Assembly (NCBI GenBank): GCA_002633005.1
Contig: NMRA01000996.1
Span: forward strand, 11,271-75,270
Reading direction: 5' to 3'
Length of the DNA stretch: 64,000 nucleotides
DNA from: Phoronis australis
Lineage: Eukaryota; Animalia; Phoronida
Positions 49,001 through 61,806 of the stretch are shown here, one piece after another; the first letter of the stretch is position 1; each line of letters begins with the position of its first letter. The translations under genes were made by a program, and so were the position numbers. The notes beneath the pieces are model-generated. The model was not told where the DNA came from and made no database searches. It saw only the letters and a list, made by a program, of their open reading frames with translations.

Positions 49001-50499
49001 ACTCTATCCTAAATTCTCAATAATGATGAAAAGAAGTAGCGACATTGTTATGCTACTTTCCTTAATTTAAGACCAAGTTGCAACTATTTTTTGTGACAAA
49101 GGCGCAGTTATCAGTCATATTATTATAAACGAAAATACATGTAAGTAAAATAAGGTTTCATTATGAAGATACAAGGAAACCACATTCGTGAGTTAAACAA
49201 AGACACAATTTCACAAAATTATTTAGGGAACTACATGTAAGTGGAGTCCCAATTTACGAGGTGCTTGATCTCGAAGAGATGCAAGATCTCTGGAGCTATG
49301 TCTCCTTTCTGACGTTTCACGTCAACATCGTGAACTAGCCAGTAATTTGGTTGCCATAGCACACCATTTCGCCGAAAGTTTGAACCATGCCATCCTCCTA
49401 TAGGGGTACCCTTAGAGGAGACTACAGTTAGTGATGGGAATCTTGTGGGGATAAATGTGCTGCTTCAAAGCTTTAGGTCACTGTGTCACATTGATTTCAG
49501 GAAGTGATTCGCTCTGGGTTTTGTGTGCCTGAACTTCTTACATTTTTAAGTGTGGTACTTTTTAATCAAAATCTTGATGACTGAAATATTAGATACGTAT
49601 AACTTAAACTATAAACAATTGTGTTTTAGTGGTCAAAGTAAAAATCGACCTACGTTTGCCAGTTACGATTGTTTACCTTTGTTGAAAGAGATATTAGAGT
49701 TTTTAAGGCCGAAAAACGGGGATTATTTTGGAAGAGATAGACTTTAGCTTTGACCAAAAGTGTAAAACAACAAAATTCTCGCCGTGGTCTGCCGGGAATT
49801 CTGACACCTAAAATAGTTTCCCTCGCTTACCTAAGCGCACGTTATAGGGTGCTGTGCAGACATTTTGACATTGAATGTTCCACCCCCCGGTACCTGTAAA
49901 CTGTACCTAACTGAGAAGAACGACACCATGCACAACTGGCTAACATAACGATTAAGTCGTTTATCACGAAAGCAAGAAATTTCTCTTGCAATGTATGATC
50001 AAGATGACAGTCTTTTTCACTTTGAAACCTTAAGCATTAAACTTAAGAGAGCGAATGGTCAAAAAAGAAGTTGCAACTGCAACCTGGGGCTATAGTCCGA
50101 GTTGCAGCATGACACGTTCTTTCCTTGTCTATATTCTCCTTGCAGTTATTAGAGAACACATACATGTACATGTACTGTGTTCATTATACGCTAAAGCTTC
50201 AGTATTTTGATTGCACTTTTGGTCCACAGCAACTTGCTGCCGGTGCAGACGAAACTTTTCAAGTCGAGTAGATTTACATACCTTCGTCCCGGATTGTGCT
50301 TCGCTCCACCGAAATACTGTACGCCGTGGCAGGAAGTCTCCTCAGCGTACTTTGTTACCCCTTCTTTGACAATTGATAAGACGGTGCCTGACTCAGGCGC
50401 CCCTTCATCTTTGTTGTCGCTCTCTTTTTGACCGTAGGGCGCAATTGGCGTCACTTTGGTGGCCCAGATATCATTGGAAGATTTGAATCCCTTCGGCAT
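39841..50499 (-). CDS. DEG/ENaC superfamily sodium channel, ASIC-like (~505 aa, 8 coding exons)
   Basis: Exons 50499-50282, 48710-48158, 47909-47811, 46547-46370, 45546-45493, 43242-43083, 41579-41488 and 40004-39841 join in frame (1518 nt). Motifs: TSCHG, FPTVTFCNFN, GLCFQFN, GFAISPG, Cys-rich thumb, DLGGNLGLCIGAS (selectivity filter). Confidence 0.95.
41488..41579 (-). CDS. DEG/ENaC exon 7
   Basis: cattttag|G GAA AAC...TTC TTC A|gtaagt; ENFLELRIFFEKLNYDLVEQVPSYDSMNFF. Confidence 0.92.
43083..43242 (-). CDS. DEG/ENaC exon 6
   Basis: ttttcag|AA GAG...GCC AG|gtaacc; DCNCFVPCHEMQYEHRLSTSMYP. Confidence 0.92.
43351..43516. mobile_element. hAT-type MITE (166 bp) in a channel intron
   Basis: TIRs cagtgctgtagt / acttcagcactg; perfect 8-bp TSD accacgat (43343-43350 and 43517-43524); internal (tgcgcctacg)x3. 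Confidence 0.88.
45493..45546 (-). CDS. DEG/ENaC exon 5 (54 nt)
   Basis: ttgacag|GT CCG...GAC G|gtgagt; GPARTCNAPELGCYRNAD supplies the two expected thumb cysteines. Confidence 0.85.
46370..46547 (-). CDS. DEG/ENaC exon 4 (thumb)
   Basis: ttgcag|ATA...CCA G|gtaagt; LPLPYEGGKC...YSLTGCRRECRANYTKQKCGC. Confidence 0.93.
46733..47134. mobile_element. Palindromic MITE (~400 bp); related copies at ~17365-17710 and ~59560-59685
   Basis: Long imperfect TIRs (ggctcggtctccaatctttttactcgaa... / ...ttcgagtacaaagattagagaccgggcc); the other copies align by eye. Confidence 0.8.
47811..47909 (-). CDS. DEG/ENaC exon 3
   Basis: ttatag|GTT...GAG|gtacag; VALHNHDEEPLVNELGFAISPGQETFVSVQIKE. Confidence 0.92.
48158..48710 (-). 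CDS. DEG/ENaC exon 2 (TM1, palm and finger)
   Basis: ttgcag|A ATC GTA TGG...TAT AAA|gtgagt; FPTVTFCNFN, GLCFQFN. Confidence 0.95.
50282..50499 (-). CDS. DEG/ENaC exon 1 (N-terminus, HG motif)
   Basis: ttattgcag|ggttaacaATG...CGA AG|gtatgt; MPKGF...YAEETSCHGVQYF. Confidence 0.88.
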
Positions 50500-51139
50500 T
50501 GTTAACCCTGCAATAATAAATGCTAGCCTTGGATGACAAATGTAAATCCTTATGAACCTACCAGCAATTTTGACAAAAAGTAATCCTGGACAAAAACAAC
50601 TGATTTGTTTAAACCAATGGGGGCAAGCATTTGATTTGGTTCCTTTCAAAAAGTTGAGGCTTGACCATGAAGAATGATCATATCCAAACTCAAAGGGCGT
50701 ACAATCTCCACTCTTGTGTTTGACATGGTAACATACTGTATGCACAGAACTGACATTTTTAGGCAAACACCTTGGTCGCATTATCTTGTATAGATACGTA
50801 AGTACTTTGAAAATGTGTTGATCATTAATCGTTTAATCTACTTACGGTATCAATCGCGGTGAATGCGATCAATTCAAAATCACGTTTTCGTGAAATGCGT
50901 GTATAAATGACCTATCGCGAGGAAAAGCGAAACCCGCGCGATTTTCCTAGTCATATAAATTTTTTCGCTCTAGCTGCGACCATGGATTAGTTTCCTGTTC
51001 AACAATGGGTGTATTTTTTGCATTTAAACCACAGCCATTGCGTTCTTGCTTATTACGATGAAAGGGTACAGCCAGGAAATGCAAATAACATGTGTTATAC
51101 CTGAAGCCAACGTTGACCACCCTTTTGTTTCCCCGGATG

Positions 51140-51335
51140 CAGTGTTTCCTAGTGGGGTAATTGTCCGTTTCCTTTACTCAAGGTCGAGGGCTCGAGTCCC
51201 ACTAGGACACACTGTTAGACCCACGAGTCATCTACGTTTTAACTATATATTCATAAAGCATAAGAATGGTTCCAGGCCATCAGTGCAATGGACCCACCTT
51301 AGAAGCCTGCGCACGTCTGGTACAAAGTGTACCAG
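51140..51335 (+). mobile_element. tRNA-derived SINE-like repeat; second copy at ~14950-15165
   Basis: Both copies share ttcctttaYtcaaggtcga, a B-box-like gttcaagtccc/gctcgagtccc, gttttaactat, ggttcc.gg...tcagtg and cacgtctg.tacaa.gtgtacc. Confidence 0.6.
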
Positions 51336-54300
51336 GCTTCTCCTGTCCAATTACCTACAGTAATCTGTTACATAGTTTTCCAAATTAAGATAGGGGAACC
51401 TACGACCGAAAAGCGTTTGGATACTGTTTGACCATTAGCATTCTCAACACCGTTAAATAAAAATGTTCATCATTCGTAATACATGTACATGTAATTTGGA
51501 TCCACCCACGTGAAGAATTTAAAAGAGAAAAGTGTGTAAGGATATTTAGATCCAAACTTAAAAAACCCACGAACCCTTGAAATTTACGCATACGATGTGT
51601 TTCAGCTTTCTTCGAACACATTTAATTTTTATTCTTGTCATATTGGATAACCCAAACAATACTTCAGCAGCACAAAAACGATTTGAACACCCAGTACAGC
51701 CAGGTCACGTAATATGCGCTATATAATGCATCCTGGTGAGAAAACAGGAAAAGCTAACAGTTGGTCGCAATGAATTCCGATTAGCAGGTACCCACAGTTA
51801 AAGTACATGTACACCTGTTTTTTTACTCACAGGTACAATTAGCGACAAAGAAACGATTTACCAGAAACTCCTTGAAAACGCACAACCGCGAGGAAATTTG
51901 CTTACTACTTATCCGAGGTCATAGGTTACGGGTCTGTCACTCAAATCGAATCTCCCGCCAGGCACAGAACTGTTCTACATGTATATGTACCGAGTTGCCA
52001 TAATCTTGAGTCAACGACGAGTACATATGATAGAAAGATGTGGGAGAAAACGAAGACAAAACATAATTTGATCCTGTGGGAGTCGCGTGTCTGCATGCCT
52101 TCAACCTTGGAGAACGAACGCTACGAGTCGCCTCACGCTTCTGTGACTCTGTGTTCACAAACACAGCAAGTTGAGAAAACAGATTAATCCTCACCCAAAC
52201 TGAATTCCTTAATTCGAGTAATTTGACATTTCAATGTCTGTTTCGATCTCATAATCACGACTTGCTTTAACCACCTACTCGATTTCTGTTCATTTCGTAT
52301 TGGGGTTTCATATTAGTCTCCCAGCGCGTCGTGTGTCTAACAATAAAGTGTTGACCAACTTTGAAGTGGACCACAATGCATTAGCTTGACCCACTCAATA
52401 TGTTGGCTAGCTAGACTCGATGCATTGAAAATTGATATGGCAAATTGAACGTTTTTATGATAATTAACGTAATTACACATTACAAATTCAGATGTCATTG
52501 CGCCTGAATGTTGAAATAATGAACGTGGCTAACAAGTGTATGGGTTATATTGACAAACTTTCACCAAATATTTAACAGAAGACCTTGGGACTCCCACCTC
52601 TCACGACTTGACCGGCTATTTCTCGGCTTCGGCAAATTGACTTAACTTTAATTAGGAACTGACTCGGTGAATTTCTCTGAAACTTTCCGAACTGAATATT
52701 TATTCATCCAGTTTTAAAAACGCTGTTAGCCGGGATTTTCGATATAAAGGCCTAGTTTATGTGTAATGAAACAAGATTAATATGATTTTTCTACAAGAAT
52801 TCCTTACGTCACAGAAACCAAACGTTAAGACTAATCGACAATTCCTAACAACGTTTTTGAAGTGATTGGTGAAGTTTTCATTTAAAAAGTATTTCATTAA
52901 AATCGACCGAGGGGTTATTTTGCTACGAGTGTACCTGTCTTAAAAATGAAATTTTGACTTAAAAAGGTGTTAACGTAAAAACAACAACGGTACATCAATG
53001 TGAAATATTTTTATTATTTTTCTTCTGATTTTTTGTCTTTCAGAAAAATGTACCAGTTGACAAAGCCTATTTTTGATATACGAGATGGAATGGAAGTCAT
53101 TAACTAAAGATTGAAATAATCTAACACGTAGTTTGCCTTCATTTAAGTGGTTTTAATGAAGAACTTTCTGACTAATTGACACCTGCACAAACAATAATTA
53201 ACTGATTGTGTTTGACTTTCTGATTTCACAATCACCAGGTAATGAGAAACCAATTGCGTCGGCCAGTCATACTTCAGTAAATAACTCTCCCTAATCTCCA
53301 CTCCAGTCACTGAATCCTATAATGCGTGAAAATCACAGTCGTAACTTTGTTAATTGATTTCGATCTTCCCTTTCTTGGCTTTGTTTTAGAGTTTCACCTA
53401 AGTGAGTTTCCATAACCACGGTGATAATCTCACCTGTTTAGCAACACCACTAGCACGAGATATACCAACAGCGTTCATCATTTGAAAAAGATAAACTTCC
53501 GTTCTCTAGCGACAGAAATCTTGTTGGACCTAAGTTCCCTGCATTGATCTGCTATACGTTTTGCTGGATTTGTCTTGGATTGATATGTGATTACTATGCA
53601 ATTGTAAAACACTTATGTCCTTGATTACTTGACGTGAATTTATAAACGTCATTAGACAAATGGACGTCAAATTACCGCGGACTCACACAGCACTGAAGGC
53701 AGCCTATAAATAAATAAATTAGCAAAACTGAGAATTGATCAAAAAGTGTTGTCTTTCTGTGATGCTTTAAAACTTACTGTGTACACGTTGCATTTTATAC
53801 CGTCAATATTTTAGATATTTTTTATAAACCTCTCGGAAATTGTTTGGAAGCCAAGGATTAGTTGTCGTTTTTTAAGGCATTTTTGTCTAAAGTATAATTT
53901 AGTGTTGCATACCATGAAACTTTCAGATAGTACACCTTATGCACTATTCTCAAAACCGATGTTTAGAATTTTTTAAAAAAAATTCCACTTTTGCAAAAAG
54001 GGGTTATCAAAAATAGCACACGAAAACGAAATGAAATTTTAGAAAACTGTAACAGCGTCTGAGCTATCACATGTTGAACATTTATATCAAATACAATTTG
54101 ATCATGTTATTCATACCGTTGTTTTGCTATCCGTGTGTCTTTCTTTTTGTTAAATTTTACTAAACAGACATAATCACATGACACAATTAATTTATGATTG
54201 GTAAACAATCCAAAATCAAATTATACATAACTTTGCAGAGTTAGATCTAAAGTTTGTAAATACTCAGCTAAATACACAGACATGTCGACATAACCTTAAA

Positions 54301-57300
54301 ATCGTCTGTTTTTATGAAACCTCCTATTTGATATTCCCTCTAGTCGGTGCGCATTTTCGTATTTCTATTGCTGAACTTAGTTGTCCTATGTGTAGACAAA
54401 TGCGAAACGCTTTCATTTTCAATCGCTTCNGAATGACACGTTCTGAGTCCGAATGCTGCTCAGTGGAGTTAGACTTATTGGACGGTCGTGGCCCCGGCCA
54501 CTGGGCTGCGAGTTTGGGAGAATTGTATATTCCACTCGCCGTATCGACGAAGACAATTTCCATTTAGGGAAAATCTATCCTCTGTTTAAGGTAACTGTGA
54601 ACTTCGTTTACGAGGTTGTACTTATGTACAAATATCTTAAATTCTGTTAGCTCTAACCCCTACAAAGCATATATTTTCTGAAAGGTGAATAAATTTCCCA
54701 AAAAATTAATATTCCTATTTACCTGTCTTCATTTTTACGGGATATTCATTTTTAAATATTTTTTTACTTTAAACAGAGATTTTAAATATATTGTTCATCA
54801 AATCATATTGATCATTTGTTAATATGTTGACAATGGCATTTTCGAGGGAACCGTGTCTCAAATTTTTGAAATAGGTACATTGTATGAGCTTTTTTAAAAC
54901 TTTGTAAATGGGCCACAGCGGGGGTGAAATATATCGGTTATCATTTTTCATTCGCGAAATAACTTTTCGTTTTCAGTGTTGGTGTCTTTTTTAAAGAATT
55001 GGTGGTAAATATATGAAATGTGTAAGATTTTTTTTTCGTTCGGAAGCATTTGATGTGAACGTCCACAATGATTCTTTAATTTTTACCGAGGTTATTTACG
55101 CGCGATTGTTTACATCTGGCTACGCACTGTGAATGTCGCTTGGTGTGTTTCAAAGCGCTCCGCACGACGATAAACAACACGGACACGAACCAACAACTAA
55201 AGCAAAATCAAATTCATAAACTACCCGTTAATACACTTTTAGTAATAAATCTTACTTCGTAACGTCATGGTCCCACACTGTATGGCTCGCAGCTTTGTAA
55301 CACTGACTCTCAGTTACATTTCAATTTACGGCATTAACTGTATTTACCTGGGGTACACGGTCGCACTTATTTCCGTTGTTGGTGACCGTTGTCCACAGCT
55401 AGAAGGTGTAATCCATGTCCGGTTTCCTTCCGATGTGCTCCGATATTCAGGTTGTAAGACCTGCAGCGATGGATCAGTACACAATACAGTTATGATAATC
55501 ATGAAAGAACATTTCAACCAGAGCCACTTGGGTTTAGAAGTCACCTACAACGAATTAGCTATGCAATTAGTACTAGTGGGTTAGTTATACAAATTGTCCA
55601 AATTAACAGTATCCACGTTTGCCTTAAATGCCCCACTTTTCATTCAGCGTTACAACACCGTATCGGTTAGTGGCAATTGAAAACGCTTATAATCGCCAGT
55701 CCACTCAGTGGACTCAAAAAGAAATTATCGCTGTTTTATACAGGTATATAACGGTCATTTGATTTCGCAACTGGCGACATAATCAATACATCGACCAATA
55801 TCACCAATACTGAATGTCACGTTTCTCCAATCATTTTAACTGTTAATTTTTTGACTGCTGAAACCATATTATATTCACGCATAATGTGCATAGCAGTATC
55901 CCTCAACCATTATACATGTAGATACGCTGTACACAACCGGGCTTCCTTTTAAAATCAAGTTTTTTAAGCGACATCAAAATGTCTACGGATGTGAAGTTAA
56001 AAACATAAAACGTGAAACTCTGATGTTTTGCTGAGCTACACAAGTGTGTCCCTGTCTATTTCTCATACAGCACGTTGTTTTTGTTGTCGAAATTATGACT
56101 CCTTAACAATCTTCGGGGATATTCTAATTTAGTCTGGTCACTGCGTATTGCACAACCAATCTATTTTTGCTTAGTGGAGTTGCCAACTTTCTCACCAGCT
56201 GCCTCACTATACCAAAGCTCAGTGTAATCGTGTGTCTCCGTTAGGACTATCACGATTTTAAAATAATTATCTGCGCGTGAGTGTGTGCGGTGTCTGTACA
56301 TATACCCATATGGCATAATGGCACGAACAAGTGATCGGACTTGGAAAAGGTCACCTGCAAGGGTAAAGCGAAGTGCACGTCATGGGAAAGACTTGTTTAA
56401 GGTTATGCAGGACCCCAGAAAAATGTCCCAATGTAGTAGCTGAAAGAGAAACTTTTTAATACTATGCTTTATGCGCTGTTGCAATGAAAAATGCTTTCGG
56501 GAATTGTGTGATCCAACTTTGCATGAGGGCGGACTATAACTTTTATGATTTTCAGGGAAAGATAAAAAGGTTCATTACACGAAAATGAAGTGACACTTCA
56601 GAAATTTTTAACATGGTTTTTGAAATCTCATTTCGAACATTTATATCAAACCAACTTTGGATATGTTAGGGAGACCGTTGGTTTGCGATCAATGCCCCTT
56701 TCTTTTATGCTGTTTTTTCTAGTAAAACATAGTCACATGACCCAATGAATGGTAGACCAATAAAAAATAACAAATCGAATTATACAGGCTGTCTACTTTC
56801 AGAAAATACATGTACACACTTTTAAAATCTATAGTGTCCAATATGTTGGGCTAAATACATAGATTTGTCGATAAGCACCTGCTTGACAAGAAACAACATG
56901 TTTTAGTTCCAGCGTGCAACAAATTTACTTTTGTAACAGAGACTAATCGAACGGTTGTAACGTTGGCTATCACAATAAACATTTCCGATTTGGAACTGTA
57001 TCGCATTTTTTTCAATTTCCCTCTCACGCACATGCTCGGACAAGCAGGATGAAGCACGTATTGTGATAGAACACGTTGTTATTGAGTTCACTTTGAATTG
57101 TTGGGCTTAAACAATTGGCTTCTTCAGTTATTTCTCAGGGTGTGTACATGCAGTCAGTCGGTAATTTGACGGAAGTGGAAAACACTGACTAATTGTTAAT
57201 AATGACTTGAAGCTTCGTGAACAATCGCAATTTCGGATTTGATCAATGCTGAACGGTACTGTGGCACTCGGCTGGCGCTTGAAGCACAACGACATAAAAT

Positions 57301-60300
57301 ATTTTTGAACACTTGAGTAGTAGCGTGTCAAGTGAGCGGGCCATGTATAGGCACGTTTCATGAATAGAACGTTGGAGAAATGCAAACTACGCGAAGTGAC
57401 ATATTGTCGGCGACACTGTTGTTCACATGTGATCAGTTCCAAGACGAATATGAATAGTCGGTCTTGTCAGCGGTCTTAGTCCGACGCTTAAAAGCCAGTC
57501 TGCACGGCCACTAAAAGCGAGTGATAAGCGCATAACTTTAGTCCATCCTGTATGGTACACGAGCCCAGAAATGCGTGTCGATGCACGCCAAAGATACTCT
57601 CAAAATACATACTATATGTCCAACACATATGGGCAGAGGTAGTTTAACATACATTTTGAAGTCTTAACGTTGCTTGCTAATTTATTTACGTCAGACCTGT
57701 AATTGAGCTTTGTACATGTTCATTATACAAGTGATTATTGGAAGAACTGCGATAGCTATAGGTACAAATGTATTCACAGTGGGAGACCATGAGAGCTTAA
57801 TTTGTTCTTTTTAGACATACTTATGGTATACATCATTAATGAATAAAGGAGTAATGCGTACGTCATAACAAAGACAAATAGATCTGATGCGCCGGAAGTT
57901 GGGTGAGGTTTGCAATCTCGCTAAGTAATAGGTAAAAACGCGTGATGAATGTTCACGCGCTAAAGAATCAATTGCCACTCCAGACAAAACAAATTTTCGT
58001 CCAAACAATTAAAGAACTACCATTACCGTTCAAATATCGTTCAAGAACTCGCACAATCACTCCCACTCAATCAGAAAAATTGCCGCAGGACGTTTTGTAT
58101 TTCTTCAAAGTTATAATTTGCAACTGCTCCAAGTTCAGCGGCTCCGTGTCACCCCGATTATTTTGAGAACAAACTCGTAAGAAACGGACATTACTTTATG
58201 GTTCGCCATAGCTTAACTTAGATCTGATTTTTTCTAATAGATTTAGTATCCATTTTCATTTATAGCAAGGACCTTAAATTTTATTTGCATAACAGCTTTT
58301 CTGTGTTTTTTGTTCATGCCTGGTTCTGTATTTGTAAACAGATCGTTTAATAATCAAATTATCATGTTGCTATACCATAGAATTTGTCTCTTGTAATTTT
58401 GATATCTATCAGTAAGTAATCCATTTTATATTTAATGTTCTTATAATTGTTAATCTGTTAATAACGTTTCCGATATGCGGGCAGTGATTGTATCAATTCT
58501 TGTATAATTCTTAAAACGAAATAAAAATCTGTCTATTAGCAGGTGACTAGTTAAGTGATAACGACTCGGAAAAGAGCGACATCGGCCGGGACTCCGCAAA
58601 AGCTTTCTTGAGAGCCCAATATAATGGTTATACATGTAATTCCCCATTCCGAAGCGCCGCGTTCCTTTCCCGAGTTGGTCTGAGTAAGAGTCCTGAACAC
58701 AGGTAATTTAATTAGAAATCACAAAACTTTTATATAATAATAACAATATGAATAATAATAATAACAAAAAGAGCAGTGACGAGTAAAAATAATAGTGATA
58801 TAGTATGTAGCAAAAACCTAAAGCGGCTCTGAACGATGTCGTCGTGCCAAAAACAGATTTGTTTTCGCACGCATACATACGCTTCAATAACGACTTCTAT
58901 CACGGTGTTATATGTCAGAAGTGAAATTGGTAACACGATTTCGTGTAGAAAAATCCATCGTGCCAATATCTTGAACTTTCGGTGTCTGAGCTGTACGTTC
59001 ATTCCGTGTCTTCAGTGTTATTGAGCTTTGTCTGATGCAATAACTGTCTAGGAACTGACAGTTCATCTCGAACCCAAAGCTTATGTCTAAACTGAGTAAG
59101 GAACAAGATGTAACTACAGAGGTGACGTAGGAATTATTCTCTGGTAACGGACATTAAACCAATACGCGGTAAGGAGTTCTATGATTCCGATTATATTACA
59201 TTAAGCGGCTTAAATTTATTCTTTTTGGCAGTTAAAAAGGCCCAAATGCAGCATTAACGCAGGTTCGGAACAACAACATGGCTTCTGATTTGGACAGAAT
59301 GATAGAAATTCAAGTCATGAGAGTTAGTGTTTGTACTATTCAAACACAAGGCTGTGCAGCTTTCTCGGTTCAGTACTTCTTGAAAAAACCCTGACGACTT
59401 TGTCCAAGTTGACTTCTTCTCCATGGTGAATATGCGGAACAACCAATGTTGTTCATGGGCGGCGCACCATAGGGGCTGGGGAGCTATAGCCCCGAATTAT
59501 TTCAGTGCTGCGCCGCTCAGTGGTGACAGCGAACTTGGAATTGCTGAAACCCACACAAGTAAACCATAATTTCAGTACCCAGGCACATTAATTTACACTT
59601 ATCTTGAGTTCTCACTAAAGTAGAAATTGCTAAAAATAATTTCGAGCTCAATTTCGAGTAGAAAAAAGTAAAATCCCGGCCCCTGAATGGATAGCTTACA
59701 TCGTCAAACCGTTTTTGAGAGTTTGTAGTAGAAACACCAAATCTAAGTGGCACCTCATTTCTTTCTCGAATCGTGAATGGTATTGCGAAGCTAACAGATT
59801 AGATGTTTTGTAATAATCCAATCAGACTTGGGGAATATCTCATCTAGACATCCTTGCGCTGTGTTACTGAGAGGCTTTTGTGTAAAACATGATAATGACG
59901 ACATGTTTATGGTTGAGCAAGGGTCAGGAAGTCGACGAAAATAAGAATTTTCAATTAAGGTTCTGTGACATCACTTTTTTATTTTGAAAGTTTGGGTCAG
60001 ATCCGTGGCCGATTATTTCACTTAATTTGTGGAAACGGCATGGGAAAACGAACTCGAAACGCTAAATGCTACGAGAGATCGAATCATTGATCCAAAGCAG
60101 TTGGTGATGAACCAGTCGACCTCCTGTCTGTGAGGCGGTTGGCTTATAAGAGGCACATTGTATAAATGCCGCTGTCGACAAAACTCATTTAATTTTGATA
60201 AGTCCATTTGCAGCGATGGCATTGGCCTCAACCTGATGATCAGATGACAAGTGATTTTTGGTCTTGCAAAGATTAGGGTTCGTTACTCGCCGTGACTACT

Positions 60301-61806
60301 TGCCTAATGTTACATTAAAGAGACATGTGACGCGAAAGCTCGTCCAAATATCTTTCAAACAGTACCATCTCACAACGTCTTCTACAGAGTTATTCACATT
60401 CTTCTGAGGGGGAATTTCCACAAAAAAACCTAAAATTTAAGATTTTTGAAATACGTGAGAAGGAAAACTCTGTAGTCACCACAGAATTTCTAATCTCCTC
60501 CCACTTATGATAGATGTACGCATGTGCTCAAAGTCCTGTGACAAACAGCTTGTCTCTCAAGATGGATATCAAGCCTTAGGGCATAGCAACTTACGTGAGA
60601 TTGCACTCTAAGTCTGAGGTCGGCAGCAGCCAGAGTATGAGGCAAACCCCTGAAGCAAGCGATTTTCCAAAAAGAATTCCAAGTGCATTTTAGAATACAT
60701 CTGAACACAACGCTACCTTTATAACTACTTTAAACAGTTAGGACTTGCATCAATTCCCGCTTATTCGCACTGGCTGCTGCTTGTCGCCATTGTTTTGTTT
60801 ACATCAAAGGCCAAAGGTCACATTTTCAATGTGAGGGGAAATGTGCTATGCCTTTGGATGCCTTGCCATTCCAAATAAGGAGACGTGCTTAGCCTTGTGG
60901 GAGAAAAATTGACGAAATGACGACCTCCTGATATATCTTTTTGAAATTTGGTACTAAACGAGCAATATTCTGAACAGTAAGTCAAAACCTTTACGAACAA
61001 GGTGTAAACATCTGGTGAAGAGGTTCAATTCTGTGTTAGTGGCGGAGAACTACTTTGCATGATTCAATTTAGTCGGTTTTTCGTGTTTCACGCCTATTTA
61101 CACATTGTTCAGTTCTTTCTAAGCACATTACTACCCCATCAGGTTCAGCGTGCCGAATTTGCTGCTTTGATCATCTCCACGCTTGTTACCTGATTATCGC
61201 TAGGTGGTAGAGAACCCATAGGTATCACTTAATTTTCCTCGAGAAATTTTTTATACCGACGTTTCTAATTGTGGTTGGTCGAATTTCCCACAGGTAGCGC
61301 TTTACGCAAACAAACTGGCATTACTGATGGAGGGAGTGTAAATGTGGTCTGTTGTACAGACAAAACGGTGCTATTCACCTATTTCACGAACGCGGGGCGC
61401 TGCTGTCGTGTTGATCGAAAACGAGGCGCTTTGACAAACATGGCATCGACCTGCAAGGTCGTGGTGTGGTCAAAGGACTTATCAACGTTACCAAAAATCA
61501 AGTCTGATGTTGAATCGATCTCCAAAAAACATACCAATACGCACGGCAACTAGACTTTTACCCTCCTCAGCCATTCCTTAGTAGTTTTCCCTCTTTTGGA
61601 AAAGTGTGGAAGTCAGGGATATACCCAGGCTTTTAGTCTTGAAAAACCTTGCTCCGCGCCAGCTGGGCGAGTGCCGGAGCCAGAAAATCTACTGGCCCAG
61701 CCCGAAGTTCAGTCACCCGGCCGTTGGCGCCAGTCACCACAAACTTGCTGCTAATTTAAATAAAAATCATCGTTTCGTGCACTGATGTCACCATCTACTA
61801 GGGCTA

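Noticed and set aside
51140-51210. tRNA gene
   Set aside because: No proper cloverleaf; homology with the 14950 copy extends well beyond the tRNA-like head, as expected for a SINE.
60022-60231. Minus-strand ORF faintly like a LINE endonuclease segment
   Set aside because: The key GDFN and SDH motifs are absent; insufficient support.
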